DNA from: Prorocentrum cordatum
Lineage: Eukaryota
DNA: 53,495 nucleotides
Direction of reading: 5' to 3'
Assembly: GCA_963575745.1 (NCBI GenBank)
Contig: CAUYUJ010000311.1
Span: 62,001-115,495 of the forward strand
A program made the position numbers and the translations under genes. Numbering within the stretch: the stretch's first letter is position 1; each line of letters starts with the position of its first letter. Below the pieces are notes generated by a model. The model was not told the DNA's origin, did not search any database, and was given only the letters and a program-made list of their open reading frames with translations. Shown piece by piece: positions 12,701 to 23,700 of this stretch.

Positions 12701-14002
12701 GACACCATCACGAATACGGTAAAGCTCACATGCACGATCATGACGCTTACGTACTCGACGCCACCTCCTTGCTGTCCCCTTGTACTCCTCCTGGACTCTC
12801 TCGTACTCCTCCTGTCCCACGTTAGCCCCGCCATATCGTGCCACCCTCCACCTCTTCCTGACCTTAAAGAACTCCTCCTTTATCAGTAAATCCTCCTCCG
12901 AATATCTGGGATAGTCTGAAACAGGCTGACCACGGGAACGGGAGATATCCAAAGTCTCACTGGCACCCTCAAGTATACTCTGTGTCATGACCTCAAAACC
13001 TACATCCGTGTGGATCTGATTCACGAGCTCGGGCTGGCAAATCGCTCTCTCCAAGCCGGCTGTCTGCTGGAGCTCGAACCCTGGCTGAAGCTTCCAGGTC
13101 TTGAGCTGAGGCCGACGTCGATACCTCAACTGAGCATGCTGGGCGGGCATATCGGCACACAAGAGCTTGTGATCGCTAAACGTCCTTTCCGTCGCCTCCG
13201 ACCGTGGGACCTGGGACGGCACAACCCAAGAACAAGTCACCTCTGGAGTCATCCAAGAAGCTGGGACCGCAAGATAATCATAGACGTGCTCGTATGTGCT
13301 CGAATTGTGTCTCCAAGTAGGCTGACGAGTCCCAAAAGTGTTGGCTAGCTGCAACTTGAGGGCCCCCATGGTCTTCAGAAAGGCCCCCGAGTACATCTCC
13401 CTCATCCTGTTGGCTCTACTTTCGTCACCTCCACTAGACCTCCCCCTCTTACGTATAGGCCCATTCACCGCCTCCCCCGTAACCTCCACCCCATTGATCC
13501 TGTGGTGCGGGAAAACCTCCACGTTGGCGTCAGCCGAGATAACAACCTCCTCAATGTGAAATCGCTTTTTGGCCGCAGAGACATGTGCAACAAGATCCGA
13601 TAACACGTCCGTATAGAGCTTGAAACTAGCAAGAAACCCTTCAGGAGAACGGCGTGCTTCACCCTGTGCACCCCGCTCAGACTCCTTATGAGGGAGATAG
13701 ACAGAAACGAAGATGAGCTTGCGAAAGATTGCAATGACCCAGCGGCGACCACACACAACATCGATAAGCAGATGTCTCCATACACCTCGGCACAAGATGG
13801 CAGCCCGTCTCCCCACGTTCTCCCCTTCATCTGCCGAGCGATGTATATCCCAACCCGCATCTGCAAGATCCAAGTCGTGTAAGAACTGGCTCTCTTGGAC
13901 CCCGACGATGGAAATCTTTAATTCGGCAATGTGATTCATGCACTCGGAGGTGTATCTTCCCAACCTCCGAACGTTCCAACCTCCAACAGAAGCTGGGCAC
14001 CG
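9735..14002 (-). CDS. E1 ORF2: APE endonuclease, reverse transcriptase and permuted RNase H; frameshift near 10000-10040
   Basis: GWNV, VQE, SVYLP, ADAN, YDYL, SDH (APE); ADIEKAFD, IRTGSLEAP, WADN (RT); GDSQ...REGNDEAD, then in a shifted frame RGAFDGG...TITQAELAAA ending at TGA 9735-9737. The frame is open up to the ORF1 stop at 14003. Confidence 0.88.
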
Positions 14003-15537
14003 TCACGAGCTGCTATTCACCTGCCTCTCCCAAGTCTTGCAGTCCAGATCTGGATCGATGTGCTGGACCCGCTCGGACACGAACTTCCATCCCACGGTAT
14101 CCGTCCACGTACCTACACACACTTTATCACTCTGACTATCCTTCTGCAGGTATGCCCAAGCCTTTGCAGGCCCTTCAGGCTCAAAAGTGATGAGAGCAGT
14201 GGCAACAGTCTTGAGCTTATGAAAGATCGCAGTCGCCTTGCGAGTCTCCCCCACTCTACGTCGGTCCTGTGGTGCCGGTTGGACAAACCAACCGAGGTGT
14301 CGATCTTTGCATGGTCCAAAACTATTCTGACAACCGACCAGATCAGGGCACGAATTGGACCAGGCTGAGGCCCACTCGTTGCGTACTTCCCAGACCGTCT
14401 CTTTCGAAGTCCCTGGCATGAAGTATATGCGAAACTTGGTCACACCAAATCGATTGGAAGCGATATCCCGTCCGTCCTACCTCTGTCGAAGATCTTAGTA
14501 ACGTCACTCTCCCGTGCTTGCGATAGTGTGTACAACTTACCTATCATGTTCCTAACCGTGGTGACCTGGATCTTGGCCTTATCTCGAGTTTCAACCTTTC
14601 GGGGGTCCTCTTGCGCGAAGCCGCTCACCTGGATCCAAGTCGGAACATGTGGTACAAAGGGTCTCTGGAAGTCAGCAGTCCGAGAATCACGAGTAGACGC
14701 ACCTCCCAGAGATGATGAATCTGCCCAGGGATCTCTAGAGTTCATCTGAGACTGAAGTGCTTTGATCTCTTTCGCCTGGGCCTCCTGAGCTGAACGAATC
14801 TCCTGCACCGACGAAGCAATAGGGGCAACCTGCTCTGATACCCTCGTTTGAATCTGCTCTTTGATGTCAACAGAGTTCTGCATAAGCATCCTCTGCATAT
14901 CTTCACGCATGGCATCGAACTGTGCACGGAGCATAGTGGCCAGATCTCCAGCATCACCTCCTCCTCCTCCACTACTACCACTTCCATTCCCACTAACTGC
15001 CCCACCTCCACCACCCTCGGCATCACCAAGAAGACGTCTATCTTCCAGGAGCTTCCTCTGTCGCTTCTCTCCGTTGCCCTCAGTTCCCATATCATCATCA
15101 GAAGTCGGAACCATCTTCCTCTTAAGATCACACTGCCCACAACTGGAAGTAGAATACCGATAAGCTCGACAAGTAGGGCACCTACTAGCCTCCAGATCAC
15201 GATAGTGTTCGTCCTCGAGTTCTTCAAGAAACTTATCCCAACCCCGTGAAGGTGAAAGTCGGTACGTGATGAAATCTGCTGCAACAAAAACGGTCAAAGT
15301 GTCCTTCTCAACTGCCAGAGCAAAACTGGTAAGTGCCGGGCTCCCAAGAGTATCACAAGCAAACAGCAAAGATACAAGTGCAACAGGTAGCGGCCTTGCG
15401 CCTCCAGCGGCACGTGTGGGCTCACCCGCTAACACGAGCAGAGTACAAATGCAGCGACCTATGCGCAGCACGTCCAGGAGGTTGCAGCCGACGAAGTACA
15501 CGAACTTATGGGCCAGCGCGCACCCACGCGCGCCCAC
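14003..15537 (-). CDS. E1 ORF1 (coiled coil plus putative RRM-like domain), frameshifted near 14440; start uncertain
   Basis: ORFs 14440-15537 and 14003-14443. A heptad-rich segment is followed by PTWIQVSGF, matching the motif in the E2-E4 ORF1 proteins. Confidence 0.7.
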
Positions 15538-16035
15538 GGCCGCCCAGGGGGCAGCCTGAGGAGACAGGCTTGAGGAGGCCCCCGACGGGCCAGGCCACCG
15601 CTGAGATCCCCGAGGAGGGACAGCAGCAACCTGGTCACCGCCGGGAACCTCGTAGAGCTCCTTACACTGGTCAGAGTCCTCAGAATCGAAGTGGAGTCAT
15701 AAAACAAAGATTTTCCTAAAATCTTGATTTTCGATTTTTTTTTCGATGTTCATATTGACTCGGTTCCGGGAAGTCAACTCTTAACAAAATACGTCGGGAG
15801 AGCTCAGCTGCTGTCAGAGAGAAGTTTATATGCCAATGCTCGGCGTAAAACTGCTCTCACAAAAAATGGTAAATATCTTTCAAATCTTAGCAAAACCGAC
15901 CCAAAGTCGTCACATATTCTTTTCTGGCCGGGTCGACCAACTAGCTCAACCCCGCGCCGGAATTCCTCTAGCTCATCGATAACGAAGAGCTCTACGAGGT
16001 ATATTGTTGTGCGTCGGCTTCGTCGCAACTTTTAC

Positions 16036-17360
16036 GCCTCAGCCTGCCTGAGCCTCAGCCTTAGCCTGCTTCAGCCTCAGCCTCACTCTTCCTGCAGCCT
16101 CGGCCTCAGCCTCAGCCTGCCTCAGCCTCAGCCTGCCTCAGCCTCAGCGTCAGCCTGCCTCAGCCTCAGCCTCAGCCTGCCTCAGCCTCAGCTTCAGCCT
16201 GCTTCAGCCTCAGCTTCAGTCTGCCTTCAGCCTCCGCCTCAGCCTCAGCCTGCCGCGGCCTCAGCCTGCATCAGCCTGAGCCTCATCCTCAGCCCGCCTC
16301 AGCATCAACCTGCCTCAGCCTCAGCCTCAGCCTCTGCCTGCAGCCTCGGCCTCAGCCTCAGCCTGCCTCAGCCTGAGCCTGCCTCATTCTCAGCCTCAGC
16401 CTCAGCCTGCCTCAGCCTCAGCCTGCCCTAGCCTCAGTCTCAGCCTCAGCCTGCCTCAGCCACAGCCTCAGCCTGCTTCAGCCTCAGCCTCAGTCTGCCT
16501 TCAACCTTGGCCTCAGCCTCAGCCTGCAGCAGCCTCAGCCGGCATAAGCCTCAGCTCATCCTCAGCCTGCCCCAGCAACAGCCTGCCTCAGCCTCAGCCT
16601 CAGCCTGCTTCAGCCTCAGCCTCAGCCTGCTTCAACCTGAGCCTCAGCCTGCCGCCTCAGCATCAGTCTGCCTCCAGCCTCGGTCTCAGCCTCCATCTGC
16701 CTCAGCCTCAGCCTGCATCAGCCTCAGCCTCAGCGCAGCCTGCCTCAGCATCAGCCTGCCTTAGCCTCAGCCTGAGCCTGGCTCAGCCTCAGCCTCAGCC
16801 TCAGCCTGCTTCAGCCTCAGCCTCATTATGCTTGTAGTCTCGGCCGCAGCCTCAGCCCATCCTGAGCCTGCCTCAGCCTCAGCCTCAGCCTGCCTCAGCC
16901 TCAGCCTCAGCCTGCCTCAGCCTCAGCCTCAGCCTGCCTCAGCCTCAGCCTCAGCCTGCTCCGCCCGATCCCCAGTCTGCCCTCAGCCTCGGCCTCAGCC
17001 CCAGCCTGTCGCAGCCTCAGATTGCATCAGGCTCAGCCTCAGCGTCAGCCTGCCTCAGCATCAGCCTGCATCAGCCTGAGCCTCAGCCTGCAGCCTAGCC
17101 TGGCCTGCCTCAGCCTCAGCTTCGCCTTCTTCAGCCTCAGCCTCAGTCTGCCTTTAGCCTCCGCCTCAGCCTAAACCTGCCGCAGCCTCAATCTGCCTCA
17201 GCAAAAGCCTCATCCTCCGCCTGCCTCAGCATCAGCTCGCGTCAGCCTCAGCCTCAGCCTGCCTCAGCCTCAGCCTCAGCCTCAGCCTGCTTCCACCTGA
17301 GCCTCAGTCTGCCTTCAGCCTCGGCCTCAGCCTTTGCCTGCTTCAGACTCAGCCTCAGCA
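16036..17360. repeat. Degenerate (GCCTCA)n microsatellite with GCCT interruptions, about 1.3 kb
   Basis: Directly visible. It produces spurious SA/LS/PQ-repeat ORFs. Confidence 0.95.
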
Positions 17361-17805
17361 TTCAAAGTGTAGCCCGGGAATGGTGTTCTGAGAACTTGAA
17401 GAACACGCAGTGGCCCACAGCTGGCTCCGGACATTCAAAACTGGGAGCCGGCGCTAAACCGTCAACCAGATTACCTCCGGGACCCTCGTAGAGCTCTACA
17501 TAAACCAAGTCGGTTCACTGATAACAGCAGAAAAACGCTCCTCAAAACAAGCTAAAAGCAAAGATGTTGTTTCCGGTGTTACACAACGTTGGTTTCCCCT
17601 GGTCTTTTGACCGAAATAATACAGCTAGAGCCCTGAGGATTACACCATCGAAAGCGCCATGATTAACTGCATACAATAAAAATTCAAATTCGCAAAACGA
17701 ATTTCAAAATCTTGCAATCTTCGAAAATCCGATCCCAGGTCACCACATTGTCCGTCCCGGCCGGGTTGGCCAACTGGGAGCCGGCGGTAAACCGTCAACC
17801 AGGTT

Positions 17806-20149
17806 TTTGCGTCTTTTGCGAAGGCCGGTTCGAGCTCTCATGGGAGCAGGCCTAAACACAAAGAACCTAAACAGCGAAGCTGTACAGGAAGACAGCGAAG
17901 CTGCAAAGATTCAAGCAGAGGTGCATCAAACAGCGAAGCTGTACAGATATGCACAAGACTGCCAATACGCGAGAAGACAAATAAGAATAGAAAGAAGGAA
18001 GCAAAGCAGTGCGAGACCATGCAGTAACCACATATAGCGATCACCGTCTCAGCACCACTGAAAATAAAAGCAGTGAGAGACCATGCAGTAACCACTGGTT
18101 TATACAGCGATTACCGTCTCAACACCACTGAGACAGACACAAAACTAACAACTAAAAAGGACGAGTACACTTCAAAGCAATGCGAGACCATGCAGTAACC
18201 ACATACAGCGATTACCGTCTCAGCACCACTGAAAGACCATGCACGTGAAACACAACAACGAATTTGCGCCACCGTAGTGTCGACCAGATCAAAGGCCTAC
18301 TTTGAGGCACCACGTGACAAATCACGGAAAGTCACGTTCAAAGGTCAATGAGCACTCAAATCAAGGAAGCAACGAATGACCTACTTTGAGGGATCAAGCG
18401 AAGCTCTTATTCAACACACGCGCATGCACGACAACACACACATGCATGAAGAAAGGCAACGCAATGACAAATCAAGCGTGCAGGATCAATCACATGTGCA
18501 TCATCTGTGCCGTTTCCGATGCTTATTGCCGCTCCGCGTCAATACACTCCTGGAAGTAGAACTCTGAGGACCCCCTTGTTGCGAATCATCCTCCTCGGAA
18601 CTTTCAATTCCCAACTGCAGCCTGCATGCATTAAGAGCCTCAGTCCTACGCTGAAACTCCTGTGTCGGGAGTCGGTGTAGCTCAAGCCAAAGAGCCCTTA
18701 CATCGACACCGGCAAGGGCCCAGTCCCTGGCAGCTTGGCACTCAGAGCGTGTCTCACTCGGTCGATCTGCAGAACTCCCATTCATGGAACTCCCTACTGC
18801 ATCAGCTGAACTCCCAACTGCAGAACTCCCAGCTGTTGAACTCCCAACTGCATCCTCAACTGCATCAGCGGAACTCCGAACTGTGGAGCTTCCTACTGCA
18901 CTCCCAAGTGTTGAACTCCCGGCTGCACTGGAACTCCCGACTGCATCAACTGTACTCAAAACTGCGGCACTCTCCACCGCACTCCCGTTGGTCGCATGCA
19001 ATTCTGAAGTGTGCAACTTTGTATCCATCTTAGCAACTGCTTCACTATGAACATTATCCTCCTCCTCGTCCTTGCGGCCAGGGTTCGATGCCGCAGCATC
19101 AGCTGAACTCCAAACCGCGGTACTCCCAACTGCAGAACTCCCAGCTGTTGAACTCCCAACTGCATCAACAACTGCATCAGCGGAACTCCGAACTGTGGAA
19201 CTTCCTACTGCACTCCGAACAGTGGAACTCCCGACTGCGCAGGAACTCCCAACTGCAGAAGCATCACCCTGATCAGCGCGCACTCGATGACACTCCTCCT
19301 TCTCCTCCTTACCAACAAAGAGAACACAAAGATCAGTCTGAGTCCCACACTCAATGTGAACACAGGGATCTGTCTGAGTCCCACAATCGGAACACTGCGA
19401 ACACAAAGAGTTGCCAGCCAATTCAACAGCATCCATATCAGTCTGTGTTCCACAAGTGTACTCATACCACTCCTCTTCCTCAGAATCGTCCGAGCAGAAA
19501 TTCCGATAATATCTGGGCGCGAAAATGCCCGCGCGAACAAGGCACGACGGATCTGGCCCCCGAGCCGTGGACCACAAACGATACCTGACACGTTTCGCCC
19601 GCAGGCGGCGCAACTTCGATTGAGAAACTTTGACACCATGCCCATACAGCTGGTCTCGCTCATGCATGCGAGACTCACCTCCGTACGAAGGGCGACACGG
19701 CAATATAGATCACTAACACACACTTCGACCGTAGACAAACGAGCAGACAAACAAGCGAGAGACTCGGAAGTAAACAACGCCGTATCTGTCCAATCTGAAG
19801 CAAGAAAATCCGCGCCTGACAATTCAGATTAAACAAACTCCATATATAAAAACGTGGACGCGCTCTACAAGAAGGCAAATCACAAGCAATAACTAGATGG
19901 ACAGTTGAGATAACCAAGGAAAATGCTGTTCCAACGATACTCCGACAATCTCAACAATTATATGCCCTCCGACGACAATGGGCGTGGACAAGCCTTCGAC
20001 AATCAATAAGAGTGTACGGTACTCAGGCAAAACAGACACTGAAGCACCTTGTACGGTAAAGAGAACCAAACGCCAGGCACGGCACGATGCCGCTCGAGGA
20101 GGCCTCCGACGGGCCAGGCCGCCGCTGAGATCCCGAGGAGGGACAGCAG
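17806..20149 (-). mobile_element. Non-autonomous retroposon B, full length, with an E1-like 5' terminus
   Basis: Lies between CAACCAGGTT (17796-17805) and CAACCTGGTC (20150-20159). About 55 nt at the 5' end are nearly identical to the E1 5' end. The 3' stem-loop is shared with A, C and E1. Confidence 0.8.
18501..19703 (-). CDS. Hypothetical low-complexity protein in retroposon B (three CGTQTD, many AVGSS repeats)
   Basis: 400-aa ORF that is also open in copy C despite substitutions and an in-frame indel. Confidence 0.45.
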   Translation of the reverse strand: MPCRPSYGGESRMHERDQLYGHGVKVSQSKLRRLRAKRVRYRLWSTARGPDPSCLVRAGIFAPRYYRNFCSDDSEEEEWYEYTCGTQTDMDAVELAGNSLCSQCSDCGTQTDPCVHIECGTQTDLCVLFVGKEEKEECHRVRADQGDASAVGSSCAVGSSTVRSAVGSSTVRSSADAVVDAVGSSTAGSSAVGSTAVWSSADAAASNPGRKDEEEDNVHSEAVAKMDTKLHTSELHATNGSAVESAAVLSTVDAVGSSSAAGSSTLGSAVGSSTVRSSADAVEDAVGSSTAGSSAVGSSADAVGSSMNGSSADRPSETRSECQAARDWALAGVDVRALWLELHRLPTQEFQRRTEALNACRLQLGIESSEEDDSQQGGPQSSTSRSVLTRSGNKHRKRHR

Positions 20150-20159
20150 CAACCTGGTC

Positions 20160-22030
20160 TTTCGCGTCTTTTGCGAAGGCCGGTTCGAGCTCCCATGGGA
20201 GCAGGCCTAAACACAAAGAACCTAAGCAGCGAAGCTGCAAAGATTAAGTACAAGTGCAGAAACAGCGAAGCTGTACAGGAATGCACAAGTATACAATACA
20301 CGATAATGAAACTCAAAGATTGATGGAAGCAAAGCAGTGCGAGACCATGCAGTAACCACATATAGCGATTACCGTCTCAGCACCACTGAAAATAAAAGCA
20401 GTGAGAGACCATACAGTAACCACTGGTTTATACAACGATTACCGTCTCAACACCACTGAGACAAACACAAAACTAACAACTAGAATGACGAGAACACTCC
20501 AGTCCTCTTTGAGGCAACCGTAGTGTCGACAGATCAAAGGCCTACTTTGAGGCACCACGTGACAAATCACGGAAAGTCACGTTCAAAGGTCAATGAGCAC
20601 TCAAATCAAGGAAGCAACGAATGCACTCAATCAATGAAGAAAGGCAACGCAATGACAAATCAAGCGCGCAGGATCAATCGCATGTGCATCATCTGTGCCG
20701 CTTCCGATGTTTCTTGCCGCTCCGCGTCAATGCACTCCTGGAAGTAGAACTCTGAGGACCCCCTTGTTGCGAATCATCCTCCTCGGAACTTTCAGTTCCC
20801 AAGTGCAGCCTGTATGCATTAAGAGCCTCCGTCCTACGCTGAAACTCCTGTGTCGGGAGTCGGTGTAGCTCAAGCCAAAGAGCCCTCATATCGACACCGG
20901 CAAGGGCCCAGTCCCTGGCAGCTTGGCACTCAGAGCGTGTCTCACTCGGTCGATCTGCAGAACTCCCATTCATGGAACTCCCTACTGCATCAGCTGAACT
21001 CCCAACTGCAGAACTCCCAGCTGTTGAACTCCCAACTGCATCCTCAACTACATCAGCGGAACTCCGAACTGTGGAACTTCCTACTGCACTCCCAAGTGTT
21101 GAACTCCCGACTGCACTGGAACTCCCGACTGCATCAACTGCACTCAAAACTGCGGTACTCTCCACCGCACTCCCGTTGGTCGCATGCAAGTCTGAAGTGT
21201 GCAACTTTGTACTCTCGATAGTCTCCGTTCGTTTGAAACAATATCTCTTCATTCTGACAGAAGCATCACCCCGATCAACGTGCACTCGATGACACTCCTC
21301 CTTCTCCCCCTCACCAACATGAACAAAATCCTCCTCAGCCACCTCCTCCTGCTCCGTCTTAGCAACTGCTTCACTATGAACATTATCCTCCTCCTCGTCC
21401 TTGCAGCCAGGGTTCGATGCCACAGCATCAGCTGAACTCCAAACCGCGGTACTCCCAACTGCAGAACTCCCAGCTGTTGAACTCCCAACTGCATCCACAA
21501 CTGCATCAGCGGAACTCCGAACTGTGGAACTTCCTACTGCACTCCGAACAGTGGAACTCCCGACTGCACAGGAACTCCCAACTGCAGAAGCATCACACTG
21601 ATCAGCGCGCACTCGATGACACTCCTCCTTCTCCTCCTCACCAACCAATACAACACAAAGATCAGTCTGAGTCCCACACTCAATGTGAACACAGGGATCT
21701 GTCTGAGTCCCACAATCGGAACACTGCGAACGCAAAGAGTTGCCAGCCAATTCAACAGCATCCATATCAGTCTGCGTTCCACAAGTGTCCTCAACCCACT
21801 CCTCTTCCTCAGAATCGTCCGAGCAGAAATTCCGATAATATCTGGGCGCGAAAATGCCCGCGCGAACAAGGCACGACGGATCTGGCCCCCGAGCCGTGGA
21901 CCACAAACGATACCTGACACGTTTCGCCCGCAGGCGGCGCAACTTCGATTGAGAAACTTTGACGCCATGCCCATACAGCTGGTCTCGCTCATGCATGCGA
22001 GACTCACCTCCGTACGAAGGGCGAACACGG
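20160..22030 (-). mobile_element. Non-autonomous retroposon C, a 5'-truncated sister copy of B
   Basis: Lies between CAACCTGGTC at 20150-20159 and 22031-22040. Colinear with B up to ccgtacgaagggcga(a)cacgg. The right half of the host hairpin follows at 22040. Confidence 0.82.
20689..21996 (-). CDS. Hypothetical protein in retroposon C, paralogue of 18501-19703
   Basis: 435-aa ORF, near-identical to the B ORF plus an in-frame acidic insert. Confidence 0.45.
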   Translation of the reverse strand: MHERDQLYGHGVKVSQSKLRRLRAKRVRYRLWSTARGPDPSCLVRAGIFAPRYYRNFCSDDSEEEEWVEDTCGTQTDMDAVELAGNSLRSQCSDCGTQTDPCVHIECGTQTDLCVVLVGEEEKEECHRVRADQCDASAVGSSCAVGSSTVRSAVGSSTVRSSADAVVDAVGSSTAGSSAVGSTAVWSSADAVASNPGCKDEEEDNVHSEAVAKTEQEEVAEEDFVHVGEGEKEECHRVHVDRGDASVRMKRYCFKRTETIESTKLHTSDLHATNGSAVESTAVLSAVDAVGSSSAVGSSTLGSAVGSSTVRSSADVVEDAVGSSTAGSSAVGSSADAVGSSMNGSSADRPSETRSECQAARDWALAGVDMRALWLELHRLPTQEFQRRTEALNAYRLHLGTESSEEDDSQQGGPQSSTSRSALTRSGKKHRKRHR

Positions 22031-23700
22031 CAACCTGGTCACCGCCGGGAACATCGTAGAGCTCCGTTCTCGCGCGGCGCTGATCCGTCGAGTTTAAATT
22101 TTTCCTTTGCGCGGAGCTGCTCGGAACACATGAAGAGCTTCATCAAGCGTTAGCTATTGATATATATATATATATATATTAAAAACTCGAGAAATGTTCT
22201 TTCTGGGTTTTACGCAATACCGGTTCTTTTGATAGAAATAATGCAGCTAGAGCCCTACGAATTGCACCATCGAACGCCATGATTCACTGCAGAGCATAAA
22301 AACCTGGATTTCCAAAACGAATTTCAAATCTCTCACAATCTCCGAAAAACAAGTGTCACACATTGTCCGCCAGGGCTGGCTGGGTCAACTGGACGCCGGC
22401 GGTAAACCGTCAACCTTTCTTACCGTAGAGCTTGCTGACCATATATTATGTCCAAAGAATAAGCAGAGAACGAATAGTTTTTCAGCTGGAGCGCTGATAG
22501 CAGACTGATCTCAGGCGATGCAACAGACAGACGCGCCAACTTATTTTGCATTCGTTTCTGTGCGCATCACCTCTGTAGCTGCCCTAGACATCGAGTTAAG
22601 TAGAGAAACCCGACAGTCTCTGTGGAGATAACTCGAGCAATACGAACAGTTTCGCGAACCTAGCTCGAGTAGCAGAAAGATCCCAGACCTCTGGATGCGA
22701 CTGGCGGACGCGCCTGATGTCACTGAATCAGTTTCTGTAATTACCAGCCCTGTAGCCACCCTACAGCCCGAGTTAAGTCCAGAAAACCGACAGCACCTCT
22801 CAAGATGACCGAATAGTTTCGCGGACCCAGCTCGAGCAGCAGACCGACTTCAGACCTCTGGGTGCAACAGACGAACGCGCCTGATGATTCTGGATCGGTT
22901 TCTGAAAGTATCAGCTCTGTAGCTGTCCTTGAGCTCGAGTTATGCACAGAAAACCATGACCGCGTGTCAAATGACCCGAAACACCCGATCCGGCCCGTGT
23001 GCTTTTTGGCAGCAATATCTACGCCTGAGAGCGCCTGGGTACGCTTGAGAGCGCGTCTTGGCCACCCTGGCTCGGCAATCCTGCAGCACTATGCTCTGTT
23101 TCTTCGTTTATACGTTGGGAATCTGCGTCGCCTACTGGGAACTGGCGGTAAACCGTCAACCAGGTTACCGCCGGGGCCCTCGTAGAGCTCTTTTCTCACA
23201 CGGCGCTTCTCGTTAAGCATGAAGAAAGCGTCTAGAGCAAGACCTAAGAAACTCGGAAAATCCCGTTTTTCTGTTTTTATCCAACGTCGGTTCCCCCAAG
23301 TGTTTCGATAGTAATACCGCACCTACAGACCTGCAAATTTTATTGGCAAACGCGACATAACCCACTACAGGTGCGAAAAATCTGTTTTCTCAAAATGAAT
23401 TGTCAAACATCTTTCAAATCGTAGCAAAACCGACCCAAAGTCACCACATTGTCTCTTTTGGCCGGGTCGGCCAACTGGGCGCCGGCGGTAAACCGTCAAC
23501 CTTCCTTTTTTGCGGACTTTGCGGTCGACTGTGCAGGCTTTCCAGCCTAGTCGGAAGCAAGGAGCGGGCGCATCGGGAGTAGGCGGAAGCCTCACCGATC
23601 CAAACGATCAGAGGCGAAAGCCAACTCTTATTAGGAGGATGAGAGGTCAAGCACACACACACGACAAACGAAGGCATGGCGTGAGTGAGCACAATCAAAA

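Larger units (their letters stand above)
9505..15626 (-). mobile_element. Non-LTR retrotransposon E1, full length, two frameshifts
   Basis: Target-site duplication CAACCTGGTC at 9495-9504 and 15627-15636. ORF1 plus APE-RT-RNase H ORF2. Confidence 0.92.
8303..16001 (-). mobile_element. H2-family Helentron-like host element interrupted in its hairpin loop by retroelements A and E1
   Basis: Left hairpin half at 8303-8335, right half caccgccgggaacctcgtagagctc at 15636-15660, other terminus gagctctacgaggta at 15987-16001. Confidence 0.65.

Noticed and set aside
9992..13882. Plus-strand and alternate-frame ORFs inside E1-E4
   Set aside because: Shadow ORFs of the long RT frames with no motifs of their own.
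15560..15636. HDV-like ribozyme at the E1/B 5' end (CCTCCTCG resembles L3)
   Set aside because: I could not find a P2 helix or a J4/2 catalytic C in the right order. Only a simple hairpin is supported.
15724..17079. SA/LS/PQ-rich ORFs
   Set aside because: Translations of the (GCCTCA)n microsatellite.
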